Positions 54,257 through 64,000 of a stretch of DNA of 64,000 nucleotides are shown here, piece after piece. Each line of letters opens with the position of its first letter. The first letter of the stretch is position 1. Source of the DNA: Schizochytrium sp. TIO01 (lineage: Eukaryota > Protista > Bigyra: Labyrinthulomycetes). Below the pieces are notes generated by a model. It was given only the letters and a program-made list of their open reading frames with translations. It did no database searches and was not told the DNA's origin. Both the position numbers and the translations under genes were made by a program. The stretch covers positions 1 to 64,000 of the forward strand of contig SMSO01000032.1 of the NCBI GenBank assembly GCA_004764695.1, in the 5' to 3' direction.

Positions 54257-54970
54257 TTACACTCTCCGTAGTTTGACAGGACCATTGCGTTTTTTTTCAG
54301 CTGTGCGGGCAACTGCACTTTGGGCAGTCTCACGCCAATGTTTAACCAACTCCAGAGCACAGCTCTGTGCTTGGCTACCGACAATTTCAATATCTGCGCG
54401 GGCAACCTTATTCACAGTCTTGCCCACACCAGTCTTACGTAGCGTCTCCCACGATATGAAAATTTCCTTAAAGTCGCCAAGAGCAATGCTCAGAGCAGTT
54501 TGCTCGCTGGCCAATTCGTAACTTTTATTGTTGTCTCTTGCAGGTTCGTCCACTTCCTCTGTAGCTACAATGTTAGGTTTGGTGGCCTTCGAGCTATCGC
54601 ACAAACCATGCGGTGTCTCATCACCATCATCACTCCGAGTGGTTGAACCGGAGCTTTCGAGCGGCTTCTTAGCATGGAGTCTAAGGCACGATGCATAGCG
54701 TTTGGTCACAGCTTCCTGCAGGCTGGTCACATCACTCAGCACCACTACTTTGCGGCAGTCTGCCAGGGTTCCTTGCCTGAATTTGTGACTGCCATCGCTT
54801 CGCCTTCTTTTATTTAATGTCAGCGAGCCCATGCGTTTGGGAGGAGAGTCCTTGCTCTTTGCGTTCTCCAGCCCCGAACACGAGCTCTGCGAGATCTCGC
54901 CTTTCTCGCGCTTGGTCGAGCCAGACTTGGACGCCTGAGACTCCTTCGCACGGGTAAGAAATCGATCCAT
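54257..54970 (-). CDS. Protein with TFIIS N-terminal (Med26/IWS1-type) helical bundle at its C-terminus
   Basis: ISWETLRKTGVGKTVNKV...A.ELVKHWR motif. First ATG is at 54970; the ORF track starts at GTG 55000. Confidence 0.7.
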   Translation of the reverse strand: MDRFLTRAKESQASKSGSTKREKGEISQSSCSGLENAKSKDSPPKRMGSLTLNKRRRSDGSHKFRQGTLADCRKVVVLSDVTSLQEAVTKRYASCLRLHAKKPLESSGSTTRSDDGDETPHGLCDSSKATKPNIVATEEVDEPARDNNKSYELASEQTALSIALGDFKEIFISWETLRKTGVGKTVNKVARADIEIVGSQAQSCALELVKHWRETAQSAVARTAEKKRNGPVKLRRV

Positions 54971-55577
54971 CGCTAAACTCACTACCGGGTCCCAAGCCAC
55001 AGGTTGCGCCTCTGCCTCTAGCTGAAGGGCAAGAGGATAAATGTCCTTTTGATTCAGGTTCTAACGCAGATCAAATTCAAACCACCATGATGACACATGC
55101 AATGTATAGCAGGAACGCTAATACCCCTACACACTAGTGGTTACTATGGAACCACTAGGTATCACTCACTTTTGGTGTTTCAAAGTTTTTCCCTTGGTAG
55201 GTAGGACGGGCTCATCTCATTGGGACCCCTTTGTTGCACTTTGCCAAGGTAGTACGAGTTTTCCAAACGCTCCTTTTGAAAGCAATCTCTGAAGTATCGA
55301 AAACTCACAAGTTTGCAGTTATATTAACAACTTTCTGTAGTAAAGGTCGCACTCATCACGAGGCCGTGTGTTTTAAGATATTATCTATGGAAGTTTTCGA
55401 AAATCAGTTTCAAGAGGCGATCGGGATTGGAATAAGAATACTTTTGAAATTGAACGCAAGAAGACCTGAGCTCATTGGACCACAGCGCTTGCACACATTT
55501 AGGTGCTATTACGGCTAGAAAAACTCACAGTTTCTTGACAGTCGGTAAAAATAACATTTGGTTTTTCTAGTAATAAG

Positions 55578-58349
55578 TCAAATATCTTCGACATGAAAGT
55601 CTGTGTCAGCGGAGGGTTTCCCTTGGAGTATAGAAATGTGGTCAAGTTCTTCCTCGCGGCTGGTGTTGCAATTTTCATGAAGGTTTTGAACAAGTGTTTG
55701 ACGATTAGGAGCCTTAAACAACGTTGTTGAGTGTAGCCTTTCTTGCGCATTCTCACCTCCAAGAATCAGTGCAAGACGCTCGATAGCACTTTGGACAATA
55801 TCTTCTACATCATTACGTGATACAGTCTGTTGCTGGTCTTCGCTATACCTAGGTGAAGGTGGGGTTCCCCGCAAGGCAGCGGTGCTTGCCAAAAATTCAC
55901 TTATATGATGTTCCAAACCAGGATAAAGCTTTAGTACCTCATCAGCAATGTCATCGCTTAATTCAGGAAAATCTTTCATACATCGCTCAAAATCTGCACG
56001 AGAAAGTTTATTTAGTTCCGACACTGTTTTTGACAGTACAGAACAAGAGCGCGGAAGAGAAGTGAGCAAAGCAATTTCACCAAAAAAGGACCCAGGCCCC
56101 ATCAATTTTACTGTTGCTGAATCCTTCAATGTCTCGTCCACAGAAAACTCTGATTGAGCCATGGCTTTGGTCTCTGCAGCAAGCTTATCTTGCATAGATG
56201 CACGAGCTGCCCCAGCAGAAAGGTCAATCCTTTGTTGGAAACCTTCATCCATTTCTCCGAAAAGAACAGCAATGACTCCTTTGCGGATCATGTAAAGTTC
56301 CCGTGCAAGGTCGCCTTTATTAAAAACAATGTCACCAGGCAGGTAAACGTGTGTTGTAAGCGACATAGCAAGGCGAAACAGGCACTCATTAGAACAGTCA
56401 CGGAAAAGGCTCACCTGAGAAAGGAGTGGACCATGCATAAGAAGTGCAAGATCCTTGCGTAAAGGAAGAGACAGATCGGGGTCACGTAATAGACCTCCAC
56501 TTTGGTCGTTGAGACCCATCTTCTGGTTAATCCACAGATAGTCAAAGTATTGCGATACGCGATACTGTATCTCTTCAGGAAGATGCAACATCGCCATTTC
56601 ACGTTTGATCCTGTCCACTCGATTGTAAAATTCATAGTAGCTAGCCATTCTATTCGAAGCAAACACAACCGCTTCAGCAATAAAATTAAGTGTTAGTGCT
56701 AGGCCAATACACATACAAAATGGGGTGAATAAGCATAAGCTCACCACCTGATGCCGCCTCTCATTATCATAATGTGTCCACAAGCTCCAGGCCTCACTTG
56801 CATATCCAAAGTCGGAAACGTTTTGAGTCGTTGAGCTACAGCTAGTGACATTGGAGATCGTGGAGACATTGGCAGCGCGAACCTGCTCTTCCTCCCAAAT
56901 GCCACGATCGATGTTTGCTACATAAGCAAAAGGATCAGTGAGAAGAAAGAGCATTGACACAGACACACGCAGACCTAGCAAATACAACCTCCACATATCA
57001 AGTTGAGAACAGTCATACATGGCTAAGGGGGGGACGGGAATATCTTCGTCTTCGTCCAGGAAGATGCAAGGGTCCATGATTGTAAGCCAGAAACAGCACA
57101 TCAAATGGGTCAGAAGGACTCCAAGGGAAACAAGCAGAAACACTCGGTAGAACTTAATGTACCTTTTCAGATACTTAAAGATTCGACCAACACGTAACAG
57201 CTTGGGAATTTTTAGCCACTTGAGGATTTTTAGGCTTTTCCGGGTAGTTTTAGAAGAGGCGCCAAAAAACAACTCAAATGGAATTGAGGCAAATATGTCA
57301 ATGAAAAACCATGACTCTAAGTAATGAGCAGCAATTTTTCGTGGGTTTTTCTCATGCTCTCCACGGTGAATAAACCCTGTTCGAAAATTCAACAAAATAT
57401 CCATCCAAAATAGATAGTCTAGGAAAGAGCTGAACGTCTTGTTGTATTCAAACTCCACAAAAGCAATCTGCAGGGGCGTGAGAAAGCATAGATAAACTAC
57501 TGCACCAACAATCAACACGTCCCAGGCACGGCGGTATGGATTGTCCCAATCAATGACCCAACGATAGTTTTGAGCGTCTGCTTCCATAACTATGCGAAAC
57601 TTGTTAACACCGCTTTGTTGATGCTGCTGCTGCTGTAACAAACGCAGGTCATCGTTTTCTAAAAATGATGAACCAGACGCCCTCGGGGAGAGCGGCTCAA
57701 GGATTGCAGCTTTAGAGCTCTCTTGCTTATCGTCAAGAATCGTGGCAGGGGCAATGCTACTGCCGTGCTTCCCGTTCTTAGAAGCAAAAAACCGAAATTT
57801 AGGACTGGCGGTACCTGGCAAAGGACGTGCTAGACGATGTAGCGGGCTTGTAGATATTAAAGATGCACGGTGCACCTGGTGAACTAAGTCTATATTGTTA
57901 TCATCTTCAACGTCCCCCTTTCTGATACGAATATTTCCAAGCTCTAGCGCTCTTTGAAGAGAGTATTTAGATCGGCTTGCTGCATTGGCAATGAATTGTC
58001 TTGCTTTTATCGATCGCGTTGTCGCTTCTATTCCGCTACATGTTTGACCGAATCGTTTAAGGCTTGGCTCCGATTCTGCTTTTTCCATATTCATATTTTG
58101 AATATCTTGCCCAATACCCGCTGTATTAGCTTTTATGTTAAACTTTGTCGTCGCCGATGCTGCTGCTGCTGCTGCTGATGGAGCGGAGTCAAGAGGAACA
58201 CATGCAGGTGGTGAATCAGCACGTTTCTGAGCATTAGACACCTGGACAATTGTTGGCTTCGATTGGCTAGACTCAACTTCTACTGAGGAGTTGAGCTCCA
58301 ATCTTGGTACGCTATCTCTGACATCTGTTTGAAGCTTATCCTCAGCCAT
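55578..58349 (-). CDS. Cyclic-nucleotide-binding-domain voltage-gated channel (HCN/KCNH/CNG superfamily)
   Basis: S1 WDVLI, DILLNFRTGF, YLESWFFIDIFASIP, basic S4 (KILKWLKIPKLLRVGR), C-linker (LPEEIQYRVSQYFDYLW) and CNBD (FFGEIALL...PRSCSV). First ATG at 58349. Confidence 0.9.
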   Translation of the reverse strand: MAEDKLQTDVRDSVPRLELNSSVEVESSQSKPTIVQVSNAQKRADSPPACVPLDSAPSAAAAAASATTKFNIKANTAGIGQDIQNMNMEKAESEPSLKRFGQTCSGIEATTRSIKARQFIANAASRSKYSLQRALELGNIRIRKGDVEDDNNIDLVHQVHRASLISTSPLHRLARPLPGTASPKFRFFASKNGKHGSSIAPATILDDKQESSKAAILEPLSPRASGSSFLENDDLRLLQQQQHQQSGVNKFRIVMEADAQNYRWVIDWDNPYRRAWDVLIVGAVVYLCFLTPLQIAFVEFEYNKTFSSFLDYLFWMDILLNFRTGFIHRGEHEKNPRKIAAHYLESWFFIDIFASIPFELFFGASSKTTRKSLKILKWLKIPKLLRVGRIFKYLKRYIKFYRVFLLVSLGVLLTHLMCCFWLTIMDPCIFLDEDEDIPVPPLAMYDCSQLDMWRLYLLGLRVSVSMLFLLTDPFAYVANIDRGIWEEEQVRAANVSTISNVTSCSSTTQNVSDFGYASEAWSLWTHYDNERRHQVVSLCLFTPFCMCIGLALTLNFIAEAVVFASNRMASYYEFYNRVDRIKREMAMLHLPEEIQYRVSQYFDYLWINQKMGLNDQSGGLLRDPDLSLPLRKDLALLMHGPLLSQVSLFRDCSNECLFRLAMSLTTHVYLPGDIVFNKGDLARELYMIRKGVIAVLFGEMDEGFQQRIDLSAGAARASMQDKLAAETKAMAQSEFSVDETLKDSATVKLMGPGSFFGEIALLTSLPRSCSVLSKTVSELNKLSRADFERCMKDFPELSDDIADEVLKLYPGLEHHISEFLASTAALRGTPPSPRYSEDQQQTVSRNDVEDIVQSAIERLALILGGENAQERLHSTTLFKAPNRQTLVQNLHENCNTSREEELDHISILQGKPSADTDFHVEDI

Positions 58350-59625
58350 ACTTGGCACCGCGTGCGTGTGGTAAGCTGTCTCAGAAATAACGTCGCCTGT
58401 AGCTTAGCGACACAGAGGTACCTATGACATGTGAAAAATAGTAAAAGTTATTTCTTGCTGTAGGTGTTCTGCAAGAATCGAGTCGGCTGGCAAATGATGT
58501 CATTAAATTAATGATTGGTAAAGGGATATACTTGTATGTAGTCCGAGCTCTGGTGTGGATGCTTCCTTACACAAACGCTACTTAAGTTGAAGTCTAGTCT
58601 TCCCCTATTAGTATTTGGTACGAAAGTACACACCTTTTGAGCTACGCACCAGAGTTTAATATTGCATACTTCTTGGTCATAACTTTTTCTCTTGGCACCT
58701 TCTCCAGTATCCGAATGTCCCTGCTTCAAACATGATTCTTCATTGTTACTACCTTTCATATCACGTTTAGCGCGGATGAGACTCGCATTCAACGAGACAA
58801 AAACATTTCAGTGTGGAGATCCGTTGGAGAACATTTGCTTCTTAAAGATAAAAAATCTCAGAAACGAAGTCACCTACTTGGAAAAAACTCGCTTGCATCC
58901 ATGGTCACAGTGAACTCTTTCTGAAATAAGGCATCATCAATTTTGCACCGTCCGGGCTTATTAATACCTACCTCTTCGTATCTCGTTTGGTCTTCATAAC
59001 ATAGCAAACATATTGAACCATACCAAAAGTTGCTGCAGGTCTATGGTTTGAATGAAACACATACACATATTCGATGAGAAGCAGATAGGCCTCTCACTTG
59101 GCTAATTCACGATATACTATGTATCTTGCAAAATATCAACCGGTCATTTGCGATCTCCATGTTTCTAGTTGACTTTTTGCCGTGTATGGTGTCGCAAGAT
59201 TTTAATGGTAGCCGAAGAATCGTTTTTTGTGTTTTGTTTTGTTTTTTAAGCTAGATTTTCTTCTTCTTCTTCTTCTTTTTAATATCCTAGTACTTGGCGT
59301 ATAAATTGTATAGTATATTTTCTTATTCATTTATAAAAAATGCCAGTGAGAGAACATTATTTTTTTAAATCAAAAGTTTTTTTGTTTTTGTTTTTAATCT
59401 AAAAAATAAACAGATAGATAGGAACTTTAGCTTCTTTGAAAAAAAGAAAGAAGGAGAATATTTATTTTTCAAAGAAAAGGGATGGAACGCACACTCTTGA
59501 AGAAAAGCTCTTCTTGTTGTTGTTCTTCTTGTTATTGTTGTTGAGACAAACGGAAGAAGGCTGCTGAAAGCTATAGCACACGAAGTTCCATACATTAAGA
59601 ATAGTAGGGAACACCCTTTAGAAAT

Positions 59626-61272
59626 TCAAAAGTCAATATCGATGCTAGATGCTGAATCATTCGATCGATTGTTTCGATTAGTTTGTGGCGGACTAACAAT
59701 GCCATTTGCCGATGCTACATTAAACTGGGATCCAAAATGACCATAGAAATCCTTTGAGTAGTGACCATTTGGCGTTTCATATGCACTTGAGGTCATATTG
59801 GTACTAGGTGTTCCTGAGTAAAACCTTTTCCAATTCAACACCAGGAAAAGTGCCGCAAGTAAGCCCACAAATCCACCGACCGAAGCCCCTACTACTACAG
59901 TTACTGTGGAAACTGATTCTTCGGAGAGAGTCTCTTCGGAACTTGTTGGCTTTACTGTTGGAGACCTTGTCGTGGCAAGGCTGGAGCCAACAACCACTGA
60001 CATAATTCGATCAGCGTGTGTTGCGAAGTTGCCTCGTGCTGTCGTATCATCAGCATCTGTTGACGTCCATCCGATGATTTGTAAATGATCAAGCTCTGTT
60101 GGTTGGTAATACCAACGACCAGGAAGCCATACATCATCGAATTCGGTGCATTCAGGATCATTGTACGATAATTTAGGACAGTTGCTGCTATCAATCGGGA
60201 CAAGACCATCATTTTCTCTAAGATGTTGAGGTTGATCAATTGAGCCAATTAAATTCGCAAATGGACTTAGTCCAGCCCACATGAGTAAAGAAGCCTCCGC
60301 CGCGAACCCACACTGTGAAGAATTGCTCTCGCTGCATCTGTACTTAAAATCTGTGCGTTCAGTAGCAAAGGCAAAGTAGTATGTGTCTGGGTACGCTTGT
60401 TGACCAGCAGTATTTTGTGCGTACGCTCCTGCTGGAGATAAATCGAAGGGCGCCAGGTCTGTGTTGTTCACCGACCAGATTGGATTTGACTCCATACGAT
60501 CAAAAAACTCCCCTACAGTTTCATTTGCTAACTTTGTGATATTCCACTGATCGAGATCAAAGCCATAAATGCTTTCAACAAAGGTGTCGTCGGTGATGCC
60601 TGCAAAGCTTAAAATAACAACAGCAATTACGCGCACAATATCAGTACCCAGAATATCTGTCAGGGTACTTCCATCGTGTGTAGCAGAAAAAGATGTCAGA
60701 CTTTTGAGCATATTGCCCTGTTTCGAGAATAATGGCGAGAGCTCTAGAGCCGGGGTTCCATCTATTTCATCTTGTAAGCCTTCTTGAAGGAGTATTTCAA
60801 TCTTGCGGATTGTGGAGCCTCCCATACTGTGTCCTAGAATATGAATGCGGTTCTCTGTTGACCACTCCGGGTAGAAACCCTGACCTGAATAGTCTTTTCC
60901 GTACCGTTGATGCCCATGACGTTCACTGTGTACTTTGCCATAGTCAACACGTGTGCCCATGATCTGCGCGTATAGCTCACAAGCACGGTCATGGTTACTG
61001 CTTACAGGACCAACTTCTGCTTGATATACGGTGAATCCGCGGGTTGCAAACTCATTTATATACACCCAATACGGGAAACCAAAAAATTCATCAGGTCCGA
61101 AGCCACCAAGACCATGCACGAAAACCGCAATCTCGTCGGCATTTGCATGCCTTCCTTCGAAAATGATGCAAAAGAGGGCTGCATAAAAAACATGCCATAA
61201 CCAGCCATGGCTAGAACCGACACAGCGTGGTACAAAATAAGAAGTGCCTTGTCTCTGCAAATATGTTTTCAT
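59626..61272 (-). CDS. Alpha/beta-hydrolase lipase of bacterial family I.5/I.6 type, with signal region and C-terminal TM anchor
   Basis: VHGLGGFG, GPVSSNHDRACELYAQ, VDYG..HS..HGH.RYG, GHSMGG nucleophile, ENDGLV and DHL. These are followed by a Ser/Thr stalk and TM VVVGASVGGFVGLLAALFLVL. Confidence 0.88.
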   Translation of the reverse strand: MKTYLQRQGTSYFVPRCVGSSHGWLWHVFYAALFCIIFEGRHANADEIAVFVHGLGGFGPDEFFGFPYWVYINEFATRGFTVYQAEVGPVSSNHDRACELYAQIMGTRVDYGKVHSERHGHQRYGKDYSGQGFYPEWSTENRIHILGHSMGGSTIRKIEILLQEGLQDEIDGTPALELSPLFSKQGNMLKSLTSFSATHDGSTLTDILGTDIVRVIAVVILSFAGITDDTFVESIYGFDLDQWNITKLANETVGEFFDRMESNPIWSVNNTDLAPFDLSPAGAYAQNTAGQQAYPDTYYFAFATERTDFKYRCSESNSSQCGFAAEASLLMWAGLSPFANLIGSIDQPQHLRENDGLVPIDSSNCPKLSYNDPECTEFDDVWLPGRWYYQPTELDHLQIIGWTSTDADDTTARGNFATHADRIMSVVVGSSLATTRSPTVKPTSSEETLSEESVSTVTVVVGASVGGFVGLLAALFLVLNWKRFYSGTPSTNMTSSAYETPNGHYSKDFYGHFGSQFNVASANGIVSPPQTNRNNRSNDSASSIDIDF

Positions 61273-62898
61273 TTTTTCTAGCTTGATGTGGTGCTGCTAA
61301 ACGAATTCTGCAGTTTGCCACAGGTTTCAAGATTGCTCAATTTCGCTATGCTTTAAAATTGCTTCATTGCAACTATTCAGCCTCTTTTAAGAAAGGCAGT
61401 AGTTCCATAGGGCTCATGAGTAATGTTTTCGGATCCCGCGACTCGTACCATATATAAAATATTAATGAAAATATAATCCCTCAATCAAAATGGACAATTA
61501 TCATTCTTTGAAGATTGTCTTATTTTTGTTTTTCAAAAGCGAGATCAACATATTTTATATTTGCAACGCCTATTGACTATTCTCAAAATAAACCTGCTGC
61601 ATTGTACTTAAGATGGGCATCATTTTTCTAAAACTGGCACCTTTATTATTTTGCTCTGGCCGTCGAAGATTGCATATAGTTTTTGTAAGCACGCATTCTT
61701 AATTTACTAGAGGTCTCCTACTCAAGCTTGACGTCAATTCCTAATGTTGTTTACCGATATCTCGCTACTCACTGAAACATTACTGTAGCCTGAAGGTACA
61801 TTCAAAAATCGTCGTATTGTTCACAAGAATGATGCACGGGGAAGTACGAAGAGGAAGTACGACTCCCTAAACACAATCCACGAGCTTGTGCCATGAAATA
61901 TGCACAAGCACATCTTATCATTAACGGGTACAAGATACGCCTCTGCAAATGCATTTCTTGCCGTACGGAACCAAAACAGACCTCGCGATGAATGTACTGC
62001 ATTTAAGAAACACAACCCAAGTCTTGCGTTCGTATGCGTAGACCACAAGACACATATAATATGTCCCGTCTGGTACAGCGTACATATTGGTATTCATTCA
62101 ATCTTTTGTAGGTATACATACGAGTTGAAGCACTTTGTATGGGACTACGTGCAAGGACTGAAACTCGACATTAACAGCCCAAATCATCGCTGCAAGTATC
62201 CAATCCAACATACGAATACCTCATGCTAGTATGCTTTGTGCGTCAGATTGCGAATGTGGCGCTCGATGCTTGGCATGTAGTACTTCTACAAAGCAGCCAC
62301 GCTGTACTTCCCTCAAGCTGAGTTTTAAAACCTGAGTAAGATCGAACGACATTGAGTCTAGAAAGATCTTATCATAGAAGAAGATGATGAAGTATTGACA
62401 TAGCTTTGATTAATTTGAGTACTTGTCCATGCATCGCACCTACTTCGGAAGCGTGCATAATAGAAACGCGTATTATTTCAGCCCAAATTGTAGTCTACGT
62501 TCGAAGTTCCTATCTTTTGAAAGTTCAACGAACAGACCCAGCCAAGAAAAAGTGACTATAGCCCGCATATCTAATTTTGAGACGCTTTTCATTGAATAAT
62601 TAAGGAGCTGATAGTCATACTTTCGTTCGCTATTCCTTTGCTTGGAAACGTATGTTTGCGCTGTCAAATAGAACTCAGAAAAAAGGTCAGCATCTGCATG
62701 TGCGAACGGCAAGCAAAAGCAATATCGAATGTGACAATTCGAAAATAAAAGTTGAAGATTGTCTCCTCACTCATATAAGTATTTACTTTCGACAGCTGAG
62801 GACAAACACGCAAAAGCAAGAGTTTCATGGATAACAGCAAATACAAAGCTTACAGCCCTAGCCTCTAAAAGGACGAGGCGCCAATTCATTGGCCAATC

Positions 62899-64000
62899 AT
62901 GAAAGCACAGCTTTGCATAGTTTTCCTCTTTCTCTTCATCAAAGTGTCTTTTGCAGACTTCTTGGCAGACTATCTTAATGACAAGACATTTGGCATTGAT
63001 CCAGGACCATGCCCGGGGCCATCCAAGAATGGCGATGTCTGTGTCGGACAGTGGGACAATTTACCCCCCCAAGCAAAAGAAATGCGAATTTGCTTGAGCA
63101 ACACGGATGACACATTTTGCGGCAAACTTGGAGATTTAATCATGAATGGAACTTTCACCATTTGGCAGCTTCAATGCAAAGACGTCTCCATCGCTGACAT
63201 TGCAATTACGTACCAGAAAACGAATGCCAATAGGCTACTGAACGCAACAGTGGATGCTTCGGATGTTCGTTTGGATTGCTCTGGTTGGGTTCGAATTCAA
63301 GATCTTGTGATTACAATAGCCGGCCTATCGCTCATTGTGACATTTGAGGGGCAATTTACACTTGATCAAACAGATCTTGCAGATGGCATTTCATTGAACT
63401 TAGGCGTTCAGTTTCAAACAAGTTCTACAACTTCGTTCAACACAGATCTTCCAGAACAGCTTTTAATTCCATACGACGAATGCCGCCTGGACCCCAATCT
63501 TGGTCTTGAACTAAAAACAGGGGAAGAAGGCATTGAGAATCTCAAAGTCTGCCTTGGCACAGTGAATGACTGTGGTTTTGACATTGGCTTCCTTCTTGGC
63601 TCTGGCGCCTCCGATATTGTTATGACTGTGATCATTAGCATAGCAGAAGCTGTGATGAGTGGGGTAGTCTGCCAACTGCTGGAGGAAGCTGCTGTGCTAA
63701 GCGAGACAAACTCTCCAGGTCCACTCACTCAGGTTATGCTGGATATCAAAGCTCAAATTGATACATGGGGGTTAGCACAGGGGGAGAACGTTGCTGAGGC
63801 TGACCAAGACGCTCACATCTTAGCTACGTCACCCTACACAATGATCACACAAGCCGAGCTTGACGTGGCAATTGATTTCAACTCCAGTGCAGTAGTGGAA
63901 GCTGTGTCTGTCGCACTGAATGGATGGTTAGGTACTGCAAGTGAACAGCCCAAATACCACTCCAAACCTGTCGTGAACGAGTTGGTTGATCTCCTTACTG
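62899..64000 (+). CDS. Secreted/membrane protein of unknown function, 3'-truncated by the window end
   Basis: ATG at 62899 starts a signal peptide (MKAQLCIVFLFLFIKVSFA) and the frame stays open to 64000. It is absent from the ORF track because it has no stop. Cys-containing and beta-rich. Confidence 0.85.
   Translation, partial: MKAQLCIVFLFLFIKVSFADFLADYLNDKTFGIDPGPCPGPSKNGDVCVGQWDNLPPQAKEMRICLSNTDDTFCGKLGDLIMNGTFTIWQLQCKDVSIADIAITYQKTNANRLLNATVDASDVRLDCSGWVRIQDLVITIAGLSLIVTFEGQFTLDQTDLADGISLNLGVQFQTSSTTSFNTDLPEQLLIPYDECRLDPNLGLELKTGEEGIENLKVCLGTVNDCGFDIGFLLGSGASDIVMTVIISIAEAVMSGVVCQLLEEAAVLSETNSPGPLTQVMLDIKAQIDTWGLAQGENVAEADQDAHILATSPYTMITQAELDVAIDFNSSAVVEAVSVALNGWLGTASEQPKYHSKPVVNELVDLLT

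Overview
Eukaryotic nuclear DNA. The 18S rRNA looks, from recall, like a thraustochytrid (Aurantiochytrium/Schizochytrium-type stramenopile). The left ~26 kb is accessory or degenerate. It holds the 3' part of a frameshifted Ty1/copia LTR retrotransposon, a frameshifted LRR + RING/RBR-type E3 gene, a P450 terminal-exon fragment and three tRNA genes (Arg-ACG, His-GTG, intron-containing Ser-GCT). It also holds one solitary minus-strand 18S-5.8S-28S unit and probable piggyBac relics. The centre has the main finding, largely missed by the ORF track: two head-to-head multi-exon leucine-rich-repeat genes in which every LRR is its own 84-nt, phase-2/phase-2 exon. The minus-strand gene (25865-30510) is a young tandem array of nine ~385-bp exon+intron cassettes. 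Its introns and LRR scaffold are nearly identical, but the exposed codons of LxxLxLxxNx are hypervariable, suggesting an exon-shuffling, diversifying receptor system. The plus-strand gene (31628-36133) is a 16-exon LRR-Roc-COR (ROCO) gene. The right ~27 kb contains ordinary, apparently intronless genes: a C2/TM protein, CHK2-like kinase, TRAPP-like protein, ERCC6L2-like SNF2 ATPase, PP2C with a CaaX box, TFIIS-N domain protein, CNBD channel, bacterial-type lipase and a secreted protein that runs off the window end.
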